A DNA stretch of 63,995 bases, the filler included, from Bigelowiella natans CCMP2755 (Eukaryota > Protista > Cercozoa): assembly GCA_000320545.1 (NCBI GenBank). It is 6 parts of 6 records of this genome, joined end to end, with 100 filler letters (N's around TTAATTAATTAA, not from the genome) between each part and the next. Parts side by side here need not be neighbours in the genome. Positions count along the whole stretch, not along the records: positions 1 to 20,554 come from ADNK01001829.1; positions 20,655 to 49,787 come from ADNK01003544.1; 4 more parts are not named here. One strand, given 5' to 3'. The notes under the pieces were generated by a model. It was not told the DNA's origin. It searched no databases and worked only from the letters and a program-made list of their open reading frames with translations. This document shows positions 13,635-26,103 of the stretch, piece after piece. The translations under genes were made by a program, and so were the position numbers. Each line of letters opens with the position of its first letter. Position 1 is the stretch's first letter.

Positions 13635-14013
13635 ATATATTATGTGTGTGTGTGTGTGTGTGTGTGCGTACTTCACTCTATTATGTATTCGTAGAGGGTA
13701 TGCGTCTCCCTCTCTGAAAGATAAAGTCAATCCGGGAAATGCGAGATATTTGCGAAAACTGTAGATTCAATCTCAACAATGCGGGCACTGACAGTTCTCT
13801 GAGACATCGAAAGACCTCCACGTCGAGGTTAGCCCCGTAGATCATGCGACTAATTTGCAAGATGAGAAGATCATCATCATCATCATCACCACCATCACCA
13901 TCACCATCATACATAAGGAGAAACAAGATGAAGAGAAAGAGCATTGACATATGTGTCTCCTTTTGTTTCCTAGTATTTTTAGGCTGCTATATGTGTGCTA
14001 TTGTTGTTCATGC

Positions 14014-14044
<31 letters not shown>

Positions 14045-14048
14045 AGTA

Positions 14049-14089
<41 letters not shown>

Positions 14090-15090
14090 AATGCGTGTAC
14101 AAATTTTTGTATGTATGCGTAATATTGCAGAATAATTTTGTTGTCGCCTACTTAGCCTCCTCCAGAGGCTCGAAGTTTCTCAAGAAGTACTTCGCCTGCG
14201 TAAACATAGAAGCAACAACAGTAGATTATCCAAGTGATAACCACGCGTTTTTATGAATAGTATTGCACAAGTTTATTTGTCTTTCTCACAACACCATGTC
14301 CCTCTACCCCCCCCCCCAAAATCCCCATGTTTCACCTTTCTCTCCCCAGGGAACGACATCAGCAGATCTGCAGGTATCAGGCCCTTCTTCCAGAATAAGC
14401 ACGTCTATCACCATTTTAGGGGGGGCGGTGGGGGGGCGGGGGGATATCAAAAGTACTATCGTGGTGTATGTTATGCTCATCATACAGACTCTAAAAGTCC
14501 AGCAATCCTACTCCTACTTTTACCTTTCCATACCAATGAACGACCCGTCGGCGAGCATGATCTATCTGCTCAAAAGGCCAAACACATACATCGTGAGGGG
14601 GGGAGGGAAGGAGGCAGGGAGGCAGGGAGGCAGTGTATTTGCATATATCGAAGATTTCTTGTTAACTTCCCAGAATAGTCACAGGTCGTATCATTCCTCT
14701 TTCAACAACATACCTTGGACACCTCTTTCCGTTTCTTATTCTTCTTCAAACTCATGAAAACGTCCGTGTAGTGCTCTACACCTATGTGGTAGTAAGTCGG
14801 AGGGGAGAGGGAGAGAGGGGGGGTTAGATTCAATGAGGCATGCGCCAGACAAAGCAAATGATGGCGTTTTCCAGAAAATACATGCATATCATCCGAAAAC
14901 TGCTCACCATGCTCAATGATAAAGTCCTCCACCACGTCGAAGGCATCAAGCATCTCTGGAGACGCGTACTGTGATTCGTGTAGGTGGGTGTGGTCAGCAA
15001 TAGCAAGGAGAAAATTTATAGGGGTGCATAATCTTTCATAAGCATTAATTTACGGGAGGATCAACACCGTTTCGCAGATAGAATATATAT

Positions 15091-15169
<79 letters not shown>

Positions 15170-15851
15170 CGTATAGATGCGGGATTTGGCGTTAGCGCAC
15201 GAAGCACACTATGTATGTAAGCGAGGAGGAGTCCAACCTCCGTATGCAGCCGCGTTTGGAAGGGTCGAGACATAGTGCGAGTTCTGCGTTACGATAGTAT
15301 ACCACGTCTACCGGCAAAACAACTCAATGAGGAGGGGGAGCAAAAGATTAATAGACAGGAACGAGAGTGCGGGGCGGGCAGGGGAGGAGGGGAGGACGAA
15401 GGCTATGAGAGGAGAGAAGAGAAAGCAGCATCAGCCAGCCAGAGCTGCATAAAATGCGCAAAAACCTCAGACCTGTAAGATGACGGTACTGAGAAGCGTG
15501 AGAATGGATACCACCTTGATACAACGCATAGTCGAGGAGTTCAATAAGGCAACGAATGACGAGTGAGACACGCACGTCTAGAATCCATCCCCAACACCGT
15601 ATCTCGACGCGGTTCTTCGGTGTCTAGATCGCTTTCTCCCGCCCCCCCCGCCCCCCCCGCCCCCCCCCTACACACACACAAATACACAACACCAGGGTAA
15701 TGTTGGTCTCCGTGAAGGCGTTGGAAAGGTTCCTCGAGAGCAGTCTAATCGTCGAGTCGCGTCTCCGTAGATGGCCTCCCGCATCGGCACGCTCACTCCC
15801 CTTCTCCTTTCTACCACCGGCGCTGCCTTCGCTGTCCATGCTCATACCCAA
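13478..15851 (-). CDS. Hypothetical multi-exon protein
   Basis: GT-AG-bounded coding-like segments: MGMSMDSEG...NITL, YASPEMLDAFDVVEDFIIEHG, DHARRRVVHW, WKKGLIPADLLMSFP, AKYFLRNFEPLEEA. Exact 3' end and function are uncertain. Confidence 0.5.
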
Positions 15852-16185
15852 CGATCGAATCGCTAACCAGAAATTGGATTGTGTGGTGGGATGGGAGGGG
15901 AAGGATGATTGATCCGGGCAAAAACAACTACTTCGAGCACTACTCGGAAGGAGAGGGGAGAGAACACTAGGATCCGATGATTATCGTCGATATTATTATC
16001 AAATACAAGGGGATTTCCTAGTTACGACCCGATAATTCATAAGTAGTAAAGATAAAACCCATTCCTTTCGGTGTTTCCTTTTCCTTGTCGCAGGGAATAA
16101 ACCGGACCCTTTTTATGGCCTTCTGGCGGACAAAATCCAAAGAGGTGATGCCTGCCTTCCTTCTGTTCACTGCTTTTCTCCCTCT

Positions 16186-16227
<42 letters not shown>

Positions 16228-16418
16228 ACTTGAGACTCTGTGATGATGCGTGCGTAAGTTTGGCAATCCCCACAATGAATCAAGGAGGAGGAGAGAAGAA
16301 GCATACAACAACAACAGCAACAAGAAGTCACCACGATATCTCTGTTGCTCCTCTCCTTACATTCAAGCCTAAATCCTGTACGCCGCCTCATTGTCGATTA
16401 GTAGGAGAAGAAGAAGAC

Positions 16419-18143
16419 ATGTCATCAACTGCGAAGTACTTCCAAATCAAGGTCCCAGCTGGAGTGACAGCAGGAACACAGCTACAGGTCTCAATAACTG
16501 AGAAGACGATGATGATAAAATGATGATGATCTCTCACACCACTATGCATAAGGCCTAGAGATGCGCGCACCAGCGTGTGTGTGTGTGCGTGTGTGTGTGT
16601 GTGAAGCGTATCTTTCTTTGTATTTGCTCGCGTCCTTATTATGTCCGTGTAATATCTTTGTCGTTTTCATTGCAATAGGTTCGGTCTCCAAACGGGGTTG
16701 ATCTCGTCTTCAGGTACTCCCCTCACCTATCATCTCACTCCCCGCCCCTTTCACCACCGAAGAAGAGGCAAAGACAGAGCATAAGAGAAAGATTTTACAT
16801 GCTATTGTTTTCATCGTTCGGCAGCACTTGTTCCTCGTCGTGAATTTGCTTTGTCATTAACCCTACTCAGCGTCCCCCCAAACTGCCCTCCTGGCTCGCT
16901 TCTTCGTGTTCCAATGCCGGCTAGCCCTGCTCCAACACCGGTTAACCCTGCTCAGGCAGCTGATCCTGCTACAGGGCCAGGTATTAAAATTAGGAAGGGG
17001 GGGTGGGAGGATAAAGGGTCATTAGAGTTAGATCGTTTTATGATTCTTGTTGCTGTTCTTATCGTCTTGCTTGCGTCGTTGTGCGTGAATCCATACCTCA
17101 CTGTATAGATCGCTCACTTGGACGATTTGTGTCGTCGTCCTTATGTTTGATCGTTCCGAATCACCCGTCACCCCCCTCCCCCCCCCCCGTCCTGTCGATC
17201 TCGTGATTTCTCTCTCTGTGTGTGTGTGTGTGTGCGTGTTGGGCAACCAAAATGGATTTGATTTGTCCTGGCTTTGCATTATTATTATCACTACCCTTCT
17301 TTCCGTGCCGCCCGCGTTGTAGCCGCTGCTTCCGTCCAATTAGCACATGGTGTTTTCTCTCTCCACATCCGTGCACATCCCTCCTCCTCCTCCTCCTCCT
17401 TGCCCTCGAAAGAGGGAGAATTGATTTATCCTTATGTCCCTTTCTATCCTTTTTCTTTCCTTCCTTCGTTGAAGCAAACGCACAAGCGAACGCCACGCCT
17501 CCACCAGCTCAATCGTCGCAGGAAGGCCCCCCATCATTGCCAGCATCAAACCCTCCTGGGGGAGTGCCGGTGAGATCGGAGATTATTGTAGTTATGGGCG
17601 TGAAGTGGGGAGGAGGGTGGTTGGGCTAGGATGCGTTCTTTATCTTTCATCTGCATTGTCATCACCACCATCATCACCCCCCTCGTCGCCAAAGAAGAGG
17701 AGAAGGGGGGGGGGGGGTTCAGATGATACACACGCTTTTCATCGAACTCATTTTGATGATGTGTGCGATTGAGTGCTGATGCGAGGAAATCTCACTCTTC
17801 CCCCCCCCCCCCGCCGCACCATGCGATGAACACGTATGATACAGGCTACTGCTTCTACTGCTGATAGTAAAGACAAGGTAAAGCTCCTCTGTGTGCTTTC
17901 AATTTCATGAGTTTGCAAGTCAGAGAGAGAGAGAGAGCGCGCATCATCCCAAGCAGTATATGATGCCCCCCCCCTTCTGTTCCATGCACGACTTAACATC
18001 GCGTCTCCCTCCTCCAAGGAGCAAGTTGTGGCGTACACAGCCAAAGCTTTGTCGACGCTGCACACGACGCTCACTAAGAAGAAGGACGAATTGAAGGATG
18101 AGGTTGTGCTGCTGCCACTGCTGCTGCTGCTGCCACTTTTTGC

Positions 18144-18200
<57 letters not shown>

Positions 18201-18495
18201 CGCTCTCTTCCATTGTATGTGTGTGTGTGTGTGTGAACGAGGATGTAGAGGGGGGTGGTAATATCAATGTGTGTAAACAATACACTTCAAATGGGATGTG
18301 CGATGTTCATCAAACGTTCGGCACTTAACGCATCATCAATGCTTTTCCTATCATTGCACCGTACCATGAGTACCCGTGTTATGAATTCATTGATATTTTT
18401 TTGTTTTTTTTTTGGGGGGGGGGGGGGGAGAAGCGCTCTCCATCCATCCTATATTTTACTGTTCAAAACAACTCTGCCTGCTCTTGTTGTCACCC

Positions 18496-18527
<32 letters not shown>

Positions 18528-19374
18528 GTCATCGTCGTCTGCGTTGGTGCTTCTATCCGCTCAGTGGTCCAAGCTCGATGGTGAGATCGATGAGCTCAAA
18601 ACCAAGTTGGAGGCGCTCAACAAGAAAAGGCAGGAGAAGAAGGTGGTGGTTACCAGTAGTCGTAGCAGTAGCAGCAGCAGCAGTAGTAGGAAACATGCAA
18701 ACGACGACTGTGATAATTACAACCGGAGCAGTAGCTGCGGATAGATATAAAATACAGACAAAATTGAACGCAGAAGACTGTGGATGCTGCGTTCCTGTTG
18801 ATAGTTTACCATTGCTGAGGGGGGGGAATGGAGTATGACATCATCATCATCGTCATCATCATCATCATCATCAATCATCATCATCACCATCATCACCATC
18901 ATCATCATCATCGACATTAGTATATTTTGACCCCGTTTCTGCCCTGCCTCTTCTTAGGAGGAGTACGAGAACATCGTAAATGAGCTTCCAAAGCTCGAGG
19001 TGTGACCTTCGTTTTGCTGTGTTGAGCTATATGTGTAGCAAGATGTATATGAATGATATATGTATGCTAATTTGTGCGTCTTAAGAAGTGTTTTGTCTGG
19101 AGACATGCATATTGCATGTTCCCGCACCGTCGTTGTCAGCAAATTCGTTGACCCTCGTTCCCAACTGATATATTTGTATTTAGTTATTTTTAAAATATTT
19201 ATAGTTATATTTTATGCAGCACCAGCAATCACGCCTCCTCTACCACTACCGTCATCATCAATATTCCCCCCCCCACTCCTATACTCCTCGATCATCATCG
19301 ATGCCCCCTTTTCTCAGGAGATGAGCAAGAAGTTTTCGGGGATGTTCGCATCGCTCGACGACAGGATCAAATGA
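16419..19374 (+). CDS. Small protein with N-terminal VPxGxxPG-type repeats, Pro-rich linker and C-terminal coiled coil
   Basis: Exons splice to MSSTAKYFQIKVPAGVTAGTQLQ-VRSPNG...VPPNCPPGSLLRVP...WSKLDGEIDELKTKLEALNKKRQEKK-EEYENIVNELPKLE-EMSKKFSGMFASLDDRIK*. Confidence 0.7.
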
Positions 19375-20051
19375 AGAGCATCGTCATTTTCTAAATAGTG
19401 ATGATGATGGCGATGATGATGATGATGAGGATTCATGCATGACCAGAAAAGCCATCGTTTGGCTGCTAGGGTGGCGGCGGTGATGATGATCGTGAAGGCT
19501 GCATATATACACGTGGTAGAAGGCATAGATAGTGCGGTGGAACTTTTACACCCTATAGTAATCCGTGTCTACCTACTTATTATTATCGGCAACTTAACAA
19601 CTTATCAATTATATAAATTATATGATACACAGAATGTGCTGCCTTGACCATGCAGCTGTGTACACGCACCGAACAAATAAGCGTCAGTCATAAATACGCC
19701 TACAGCTCCGCGGTAGTAAGCGCTATATATCTCCCTTGAAGCTATCTATTTTCCGCAAATAGTACATAGACGTCATTTGGCAAATTTTTTTTCACAATAT
19801 GGCGCCGTACGTGTTTCTCATTGTAGACATTTGATCGTGTCATATGTACGCCGACATCAACGCGCCGCTCACCAGCAGCCCTGTAACATCTAAATGTGTG
19901 TACATTACACACACATGCTAGCATGCGCGCTGCAATCTCAGCAATGCATGTGGTGATATAAGCGAGCTATGAGACTGCATGTGCTCGCAATGCGGGGGCG
20001 CTGTATCCATATGCTAGATATGGTGTATCAACGCGGAACATATGCGACATT

Positions 20052-20375
20052 TTAGCTTTTGCTCATTGCCTGAAGCATTGCAGAGTTCTTGCGGGCCTGC
20101 ACTATCAGCTTCTCCGCTGCATCTTTGAAGTGGATCCTCAGCAGCTTCTCGTACATTTCCTGTGTGAGATCCGCACATCGGTAGTAGGAGGTGTCCGCCT
20201 GAATGGAGATCATCGTCGTCATCATAAATCATCATCATCTTCATCATCCCCATCAACATCCACGGCAGCAGCAGCAGCACATTACTTGATTAAAGGTGCG
20301 ACAGTTGTCGAAAACAAGCATGGCGTCCTCGTGAAACTGAGGTAGATTCTGGTATTGCCTGAAGGGGGGGAGGAT

Positions 20376-20408
<33 letters not shown>

Positions 20409-20538
20409 TTCATCACTATCATCAACATCAATCATCCATCATCATCATCATCATCATCGTCGTCATCGTCGTCATCGTCGTCAAAATCGTTGTTGTGTGG
20501 AAGGGTGTTGACAGACCCCGACTGGATTTTCTTTTGCC
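20052..20538 (-). CDS. Bromodomain-containing protein, 3' end (truncated by contig end)
   Basis: Three exons splice to KKIQSGQYQNLPQFHEDAMLVFDNCRTFNQADTSYYRCA...SKS*, matching bromodomain helices B/C with the conserved Asn. Confidence 0.8.
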
Positions 20539-20554
20539 TGTGTTGTGTAGGAGC

Positions 20555-20654
20555 NNNNNNNNNNNNNNNNNNNNNNNNNNNNNNNNNNNNNNNNNNNNTT
20601 AATTAATTAANNNNNNNNNNNNNNNNNNNNNNNNNNNNNNNNNNNNNNNNNNNN
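20555..20654. other. Artificial contig linker (N44-TTAATTAATTAA-N44)
   Basis: Identical 100-bp spacer with stops in all frames, seen five times in the window. Confidence 0.97.
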
Positions 20655-20782
20655 CGACCCTCGACCCTCGACCCTCGAACCCTGACCCTGACCCTGACCC
20701 TGACCCTGACCCTGACCCTGATCCTGACCCTGACCCTGACCCTGACCTAATCTGACCCTTACTTTGACCCAATCTTGACCCC
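20655..20782 (+). repeat. Telomere-like array at contig start: (CCCTCGA)x3 then (CCCTGA)n, degenerating inward
   Basis: Tandem CCCTGA hexamers with the C-rich strand at the contig 5' end, a one-base variant of canonical CCCTAA. Confidence 0.75.
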
Positions 20783-21333
20783 AATGGTCGATTTTTGCCA
20801 CCAGCTTTTGCTGCCATGAACTCTCTTGCGATTCTCATGTTGAACGTCACTTTGACTCTGGTCAAGAACAGTTGCTCAACCGTGCTAGCGTGACTCTGAC
20901 TTTGAATCAAATTCACACATGGCAGCTCGCATGAACGTGATGTGGGTCATGTTGCGTCTCTAGGGGTGCATGAGTTGTTGTTCACTGCATTGTTTTTGAC
21001 TCGTTGGTGTCTGTGTGTGACGTTCAATGCACTTGTTTGTTGCGGTCGATGACTGATGTTCGGCCACTTTTGAACGTTTTGGCACTGTTTTGTCTCAATT
21101 GCTTGAAGGAGGAAAAACTGCGTGTTGGGTTGTTGAAATGTGCACAATGTTGCTGCATCGATGGAATGCAAGTGATGAACGGCGCTGCTTCTGATCATTC
21201 TTGCGCACAATTCATTTGCGCACTGCGGATGCGTCTGCACTCACGCGCTAGAGCAGTGCACACTAGCATTGTGTGACAAAATTGTGATCGACATGCATGC
21301 GGGGGAAAAAAGTTGTTGCTTCACCGGATTTCA

Positions 21334-22634
21334 TCATGCATGGTTGCTAGTGCGTCGTGGATCTACTGTCCCTCCATTTGCACAGCAATCATCTTCGTTA
21401 TCATCAGCAGTTGTGGCAACACGTCCAAATGCGATTCCCAAGAAGACGAGAAGCCCTACAAATGAAGGAAAATCCAAAAAGTTATGAACTCATTGTGAAA
21501 TTCACTCCTATTTGCAATCCTCTCTTTCTTCTGCGTTCTAAGCAATGCACCTAGCCACTGATTCGAGACGAATTTTCGGTTGCAGCTTTGCGGATTTTCT
21601 AGATCAACTGTGCGAAGTTGCCACATTAAATGCATCCTGCAAAAAAAAGTTTACTGTTGGCCGATTATCATCGCAGCAACCTTCAAAACGTCATCTTCGA
21701 CAAGATCCTTGTCGACATTGTCGATGGCATGAGTACTGACCCTGTCCCACACACTGCGAACGCATAGTATGGAAGCGCTAGCTGTGCCTGAATCCCAGTT
21801 ACAGTTAGGCATCCTACCATAAATGCCCCGACTCCCCTGTTTAACAACATATCATCATCTTTAAGATATGTTAACTTTTTTCATGTCACACCACCATATC
21901 TACCACCACCACCATATCATCATATCTTTGATAATTGTCACTTACGTCAAATAAGTCTTAGTGTTCTCTCCGAATAAAAGGGCACTTGATTTCACCCCAA
22001 CTTTTATGTCGTCTTTCTTATCCTGAGTGAAAGACGAGAAGCACGGCGAGAAGAGAGAGACAGAAAAAAATCCTAGCCTCTCAATAAACAATCTGTAAAT
22101 TAAATTTGTCATTGATCTTAATTGTTTGGTAGTAGTACCTGATGAGCGTATATCGTGTCATAAATGAGAGTCCATGCAACTCCAGAGAGATATAGCGGTC
22201 CTGATCGATAATCGTAAATCCAAACAAGGAAACACAAGCAACAAGAGATCATAATTGCAGAAAGATATATGATTTGTTGACGATAATATATGAAAGCTGC
22301 ATGTCACCACTAACGTTTACTACTACTACTACTACTACTACTACTATTACAATTTCTCCTCTTCTTATTTTTCGAACAAAACGTTACTACTACTACTACT
22401 ACCAGCCGCAGAAAAATCAATTGCCTCTTGTATCGAAGCATATCCAACCCATACCCCCCAGTTAAACGCCTTAATAATATTGGTGATGATAATCAAGTAA
22501 GTACATAAGTGACGTCATTTTCTCCTTACTTCCTTTCCTCCCCCCCCCCCTCTCTGCGAGGTTGTGTGTGTACCACGATTGACCACAAAGGCAAAGATGA
22601 ATGAGTGTAAATCGACGACTTACTACTATTAAAT

Positions 22635-22669
<35 letters not shown>

Positions 22670-24196
22670 GTGTTTGTGTTGTAATAAATAACAACCAGGC
22701 CCAAGCACAGCTGAGGCATATAAGTGATCCTTTTCATTAATGGATATACGATGACAATAGGCATTGAGGCTGACAAGATCAAAGAAGGGAGGGGGTGTGT
22801 TTAGTCAAACGCATACTAAGAAGACATTGCAGGGTGAATAGTGATAAGGAAAAATATGAAAGTTGGAGGATAGGAAGATGGTGATTGTATACTACATGGT
22901 CATATCGTGTGTATGGTAGTAATGCATGTGACGATAGTCGCACCCACCAAAGGCTACGATCTTCGTGAAATCATTTAGATGGTATAACACCCCAAGCCCA
23001 CATGCAAGTTGAAATCCAAGAAATCCCAATGCCTAATAAATGAGGAAGGGAGATTTTTATTATCATCATTCCAGAAGGAGGGGGAATGGATTTTTGTTGA
23101 TGGATCATGAAAGGATTCTTCTGCTGCAACCACCTGCGGTACAGAAATACCATCTTTCACCACTAGCGGACGATTCCGTGTCCTCTCCACCTAATATTCA
23201 AAAAGACGACAACCAAAAATTGATAATGATGATGATGATGATACGACGATAATGTGCTATAATGTTCATCTAGTAACTGATCTATCTTCCATTTGTATCC
23301 TCTCTTTAACATCCTTATCTAGAGCAGCTGCAGTATATAAAAGTTTATATTATACTACTACTGTGGAAAATAGCAGCACCTTCCCATCAATATCTCTATC
23401 CCATAGATCATTGATTGTACATCCTGCTCCTCTCATAACAACGGATCCGACCAAAAACAACCCAAGTAGCTGAAGAAATGAAAAACAATTAGCAAAAATC
23501 AGGAGTACACATCCAAGTTGATTAGTAGATGCAATTATCAAACAACCTTTAGGTTCGGAAGATGCTGCGGCTGTGTTGCTAAAGCAGTACCCCACCAACA
23601 AGGAAGCATCAATAGCCAACTACCAATTGGCTTGTGTGCACGTGCCAGCTGAGAAATTATATCGAATTTAAATGTGTTGTCTCCTCGTCCATTCAACAAA
23701 AAATTATACATATTTCATCATCCCATTTGATCATCTAATACGATTATTTGTGTAACTTCCAACCTGCACAAAAAGTGAAGCACGACGTGGCAAACATTTA
23801 CTCCAATCAGAATCATTACTATTCCAATTATCAAACGGCTGCTGGTTTTGTTTCTCCGACTGTGGTGGTGATACATGAATCAATCACTTACGAGAATTAC
23901 ATATTTGTAGAAGAGTGAAAAATTACTTTGTTCGAATATAAGCGCAAATGCCGTCTTCTTCCAACGGCCAGAAACGTACAGTGACTTGATACAGAGCTGT
24001 AATGTGGAGGAAGCGATGATAAAAAGTTATCACCTATACCTCTTTGCTTACTTAATGTCGTAAACTTGCAGTTTTTAAGCGAGTTTCGTGCAAGCTTCTT
24101 TGATTTTGACCATTGACACAAAATACCAGCCCTATTCTTCATTGTTCTCTTTATTCCTGTAGAGCGCACACCAAGCTGGAGTGCCACCGTTAGCAT
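21334..24196 (-). CDS. COQ2: 4-hydroxybenzoate polyprenyltransferase (UbiA family), mitochondrial
   Basis: Spliced motifs [94 protein letters not shown] and [12 protein letters not shown]. Basic N-terminal presequence. Confidence 0.95.
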
Positions 24197-24465
24197 CAGA
24201 GCTGGAGTCGTCGAGAAACCAGTAGTGGGTTATTTATTACAGGCTATCACTCCAGCAATAGCCTGCGCGAACCTCAAGATTCACTGCAGTTTTCGCAAAA
24301 CCGTTGGCTGGCAAGTATGTATGATAACTAGAACGGCGATGGTGAAGACGGGGGAGGGCTGGTCTACTGATGGTGAGCCGATCAGACTCGTCTATCCGCA
24401 GCAGGCAAGGACGACTTCTCGTTGATTGTTGATTGTTGTTGTTGATTGTTGATTGTTGATTGTTG

Positions 24466-24500
<35 letters not shown>

Positions 24501-24867
24501 ATTTTTGTACATAATAGTAGTACATGTAGTAGTTGTTTCTAGGAGTTTATTAGTGTTAACACATCAAGGCTACGACGGATAGCTGGGAAGTCAAGCATGC
24601 GACTGGAATAACTAGCTAACTTCAGAATAATTAATGAGCTTATTAAATTAAATATAGAAATTCTGCATGTTTTCCCATGTCGCAAGTAATAAAACACACC
24701 CCTTTTCAAAATCAGAGAAGACTTACGACTCACATAATCCCACTCTCACAGCGAGCTGCCCCCGGCAACGCACCGCCTTTTTTCAGGAGGTCCTCAATGT
24801 TTCTTCGCTATTATTTAGGATAACGATATGAGAAGGGATTTTTGTTATGATTCGAAAAAAAATAGTG

Positions 24868-25008
24868 AATAATAGTGCCGAAATACTCAAACAAAACTCA
24901 CACATCTTGTATTCGTGCTCCGATTAGGTGCTTCAACAGTAAATAATAGTGCCGAAATACTCAAACAAAACTCACACATCTTGCATTCGTACTCCCACTA
25001 GGTGCTTC
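24868..25008 (+). repeat. Tandem direct repeat, 2 x 67 bp (24868-24934, 24942-25008), 4 mismatches
   Basis: Direct alignment of the two copies. Lies between the divergent starts of COQ2 and the large + strand gene. Confidence 0.9.
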
Positions 25009-25169
25009 GTGTTACAGCAATGAAGGGGGGGCTTTCATTGGTTTGCAAGATACACCTTAGAATTTTGACAAACCTATTTTGACAAACCTATACGAGTAAA
25101 GAATCTTTGAGAATGCACTTTGTCTGAAATTTCTCATTTTACAGCTGCTGCGTAACCGACGCCGTCGCA

Positions 25170-26066
25170 ATGGATTATTCGTGAATAATAGAGTTCCGAA
25201 GTGTGGTGGTTGTGGTGGTGAAGGTCACCAGCTTAGATGGCTGCTTCTGCTCGCAGGTGACCATCTTATTCCCACCTTACATGCAGCTGCTGCGGCCACT
25301 CTCTCTCTCTCTCCCCCCCCCCCCCCCCCCTCCCTCTTTCGCACATACACACACAAACACACACAAACGCAAACACAACACATGCCAAACACATTGACAA
25401 GCAAGCAGTAGACATAAAAATGATGATGCTGATACATTATTGGGGGTGGAAGTCAGGTATATCCTGCTTGACACACTACAACATACGCATGTGCATGTCT
25501 CCACTGTCACTCTAGATTCCTTTTAACTTTTTTTGAACAAATCTCTGCTTCTTTCTTTCTTTCTTTCTTTGAAAATGTGGCAGTTTTAGCTTCTGGGATG
25601 ATATATATTCTCTTCGTCGATCATCAAGAGTAATATACCTCTCACTTTCTCTCATCATCGATTATTATCTTTATCAAAAAGCATACAGAGGAGTCATTCT
25701 TGGACTTTTCCTGTACAATAATTGAAAATATCAAAACACTTCCGACGAAAAAAAATCATCTTGATGTGTATTCTATGATCGGAGAGCAAATTAACATTTG
25801 CTAGGGAAAAACATAGTAGTAGCTTGTGGCCTTTTCAATCAACAAACTTCTGCGTTTTACTTTGTTGCTTAAGTACTACTATCATTATTATTTTTAGACA
25901 GCGATGTAACAGCTTACTTTTGACCTCTAATCGAATATGTTTACGTTCAGAACGCGTAGTTGGCTATTATCAGAGTCCATCGCTCCAGCACCATCATTAC
26001 TACTGCGTGTAAAAGCACCTCTGATATCTTTCTCTTCAAAGAATATTAGATGGAGAAGCACACGGT

Positions 26067-26103
<37 letters not shown>

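Noticed and set aside
20555-20654. TTAATTAATTAA as a biological motif, and ORFs running through Ns
   Set aside because: Artificial linker. Adjacency across linkers carries no biological meaning.
20762-21360. CpG-methylation decay or classical RIP as the cause of the TG/CA excess
   Set aside because: CpG is abundant in these tracts, and TpA is lost rather than gained.
24868-25008. CRISPR-like repeat
   Set aside because: Only two 67-bp copies with a 7-bp gap, in a eukaryotic context with no cas genes.
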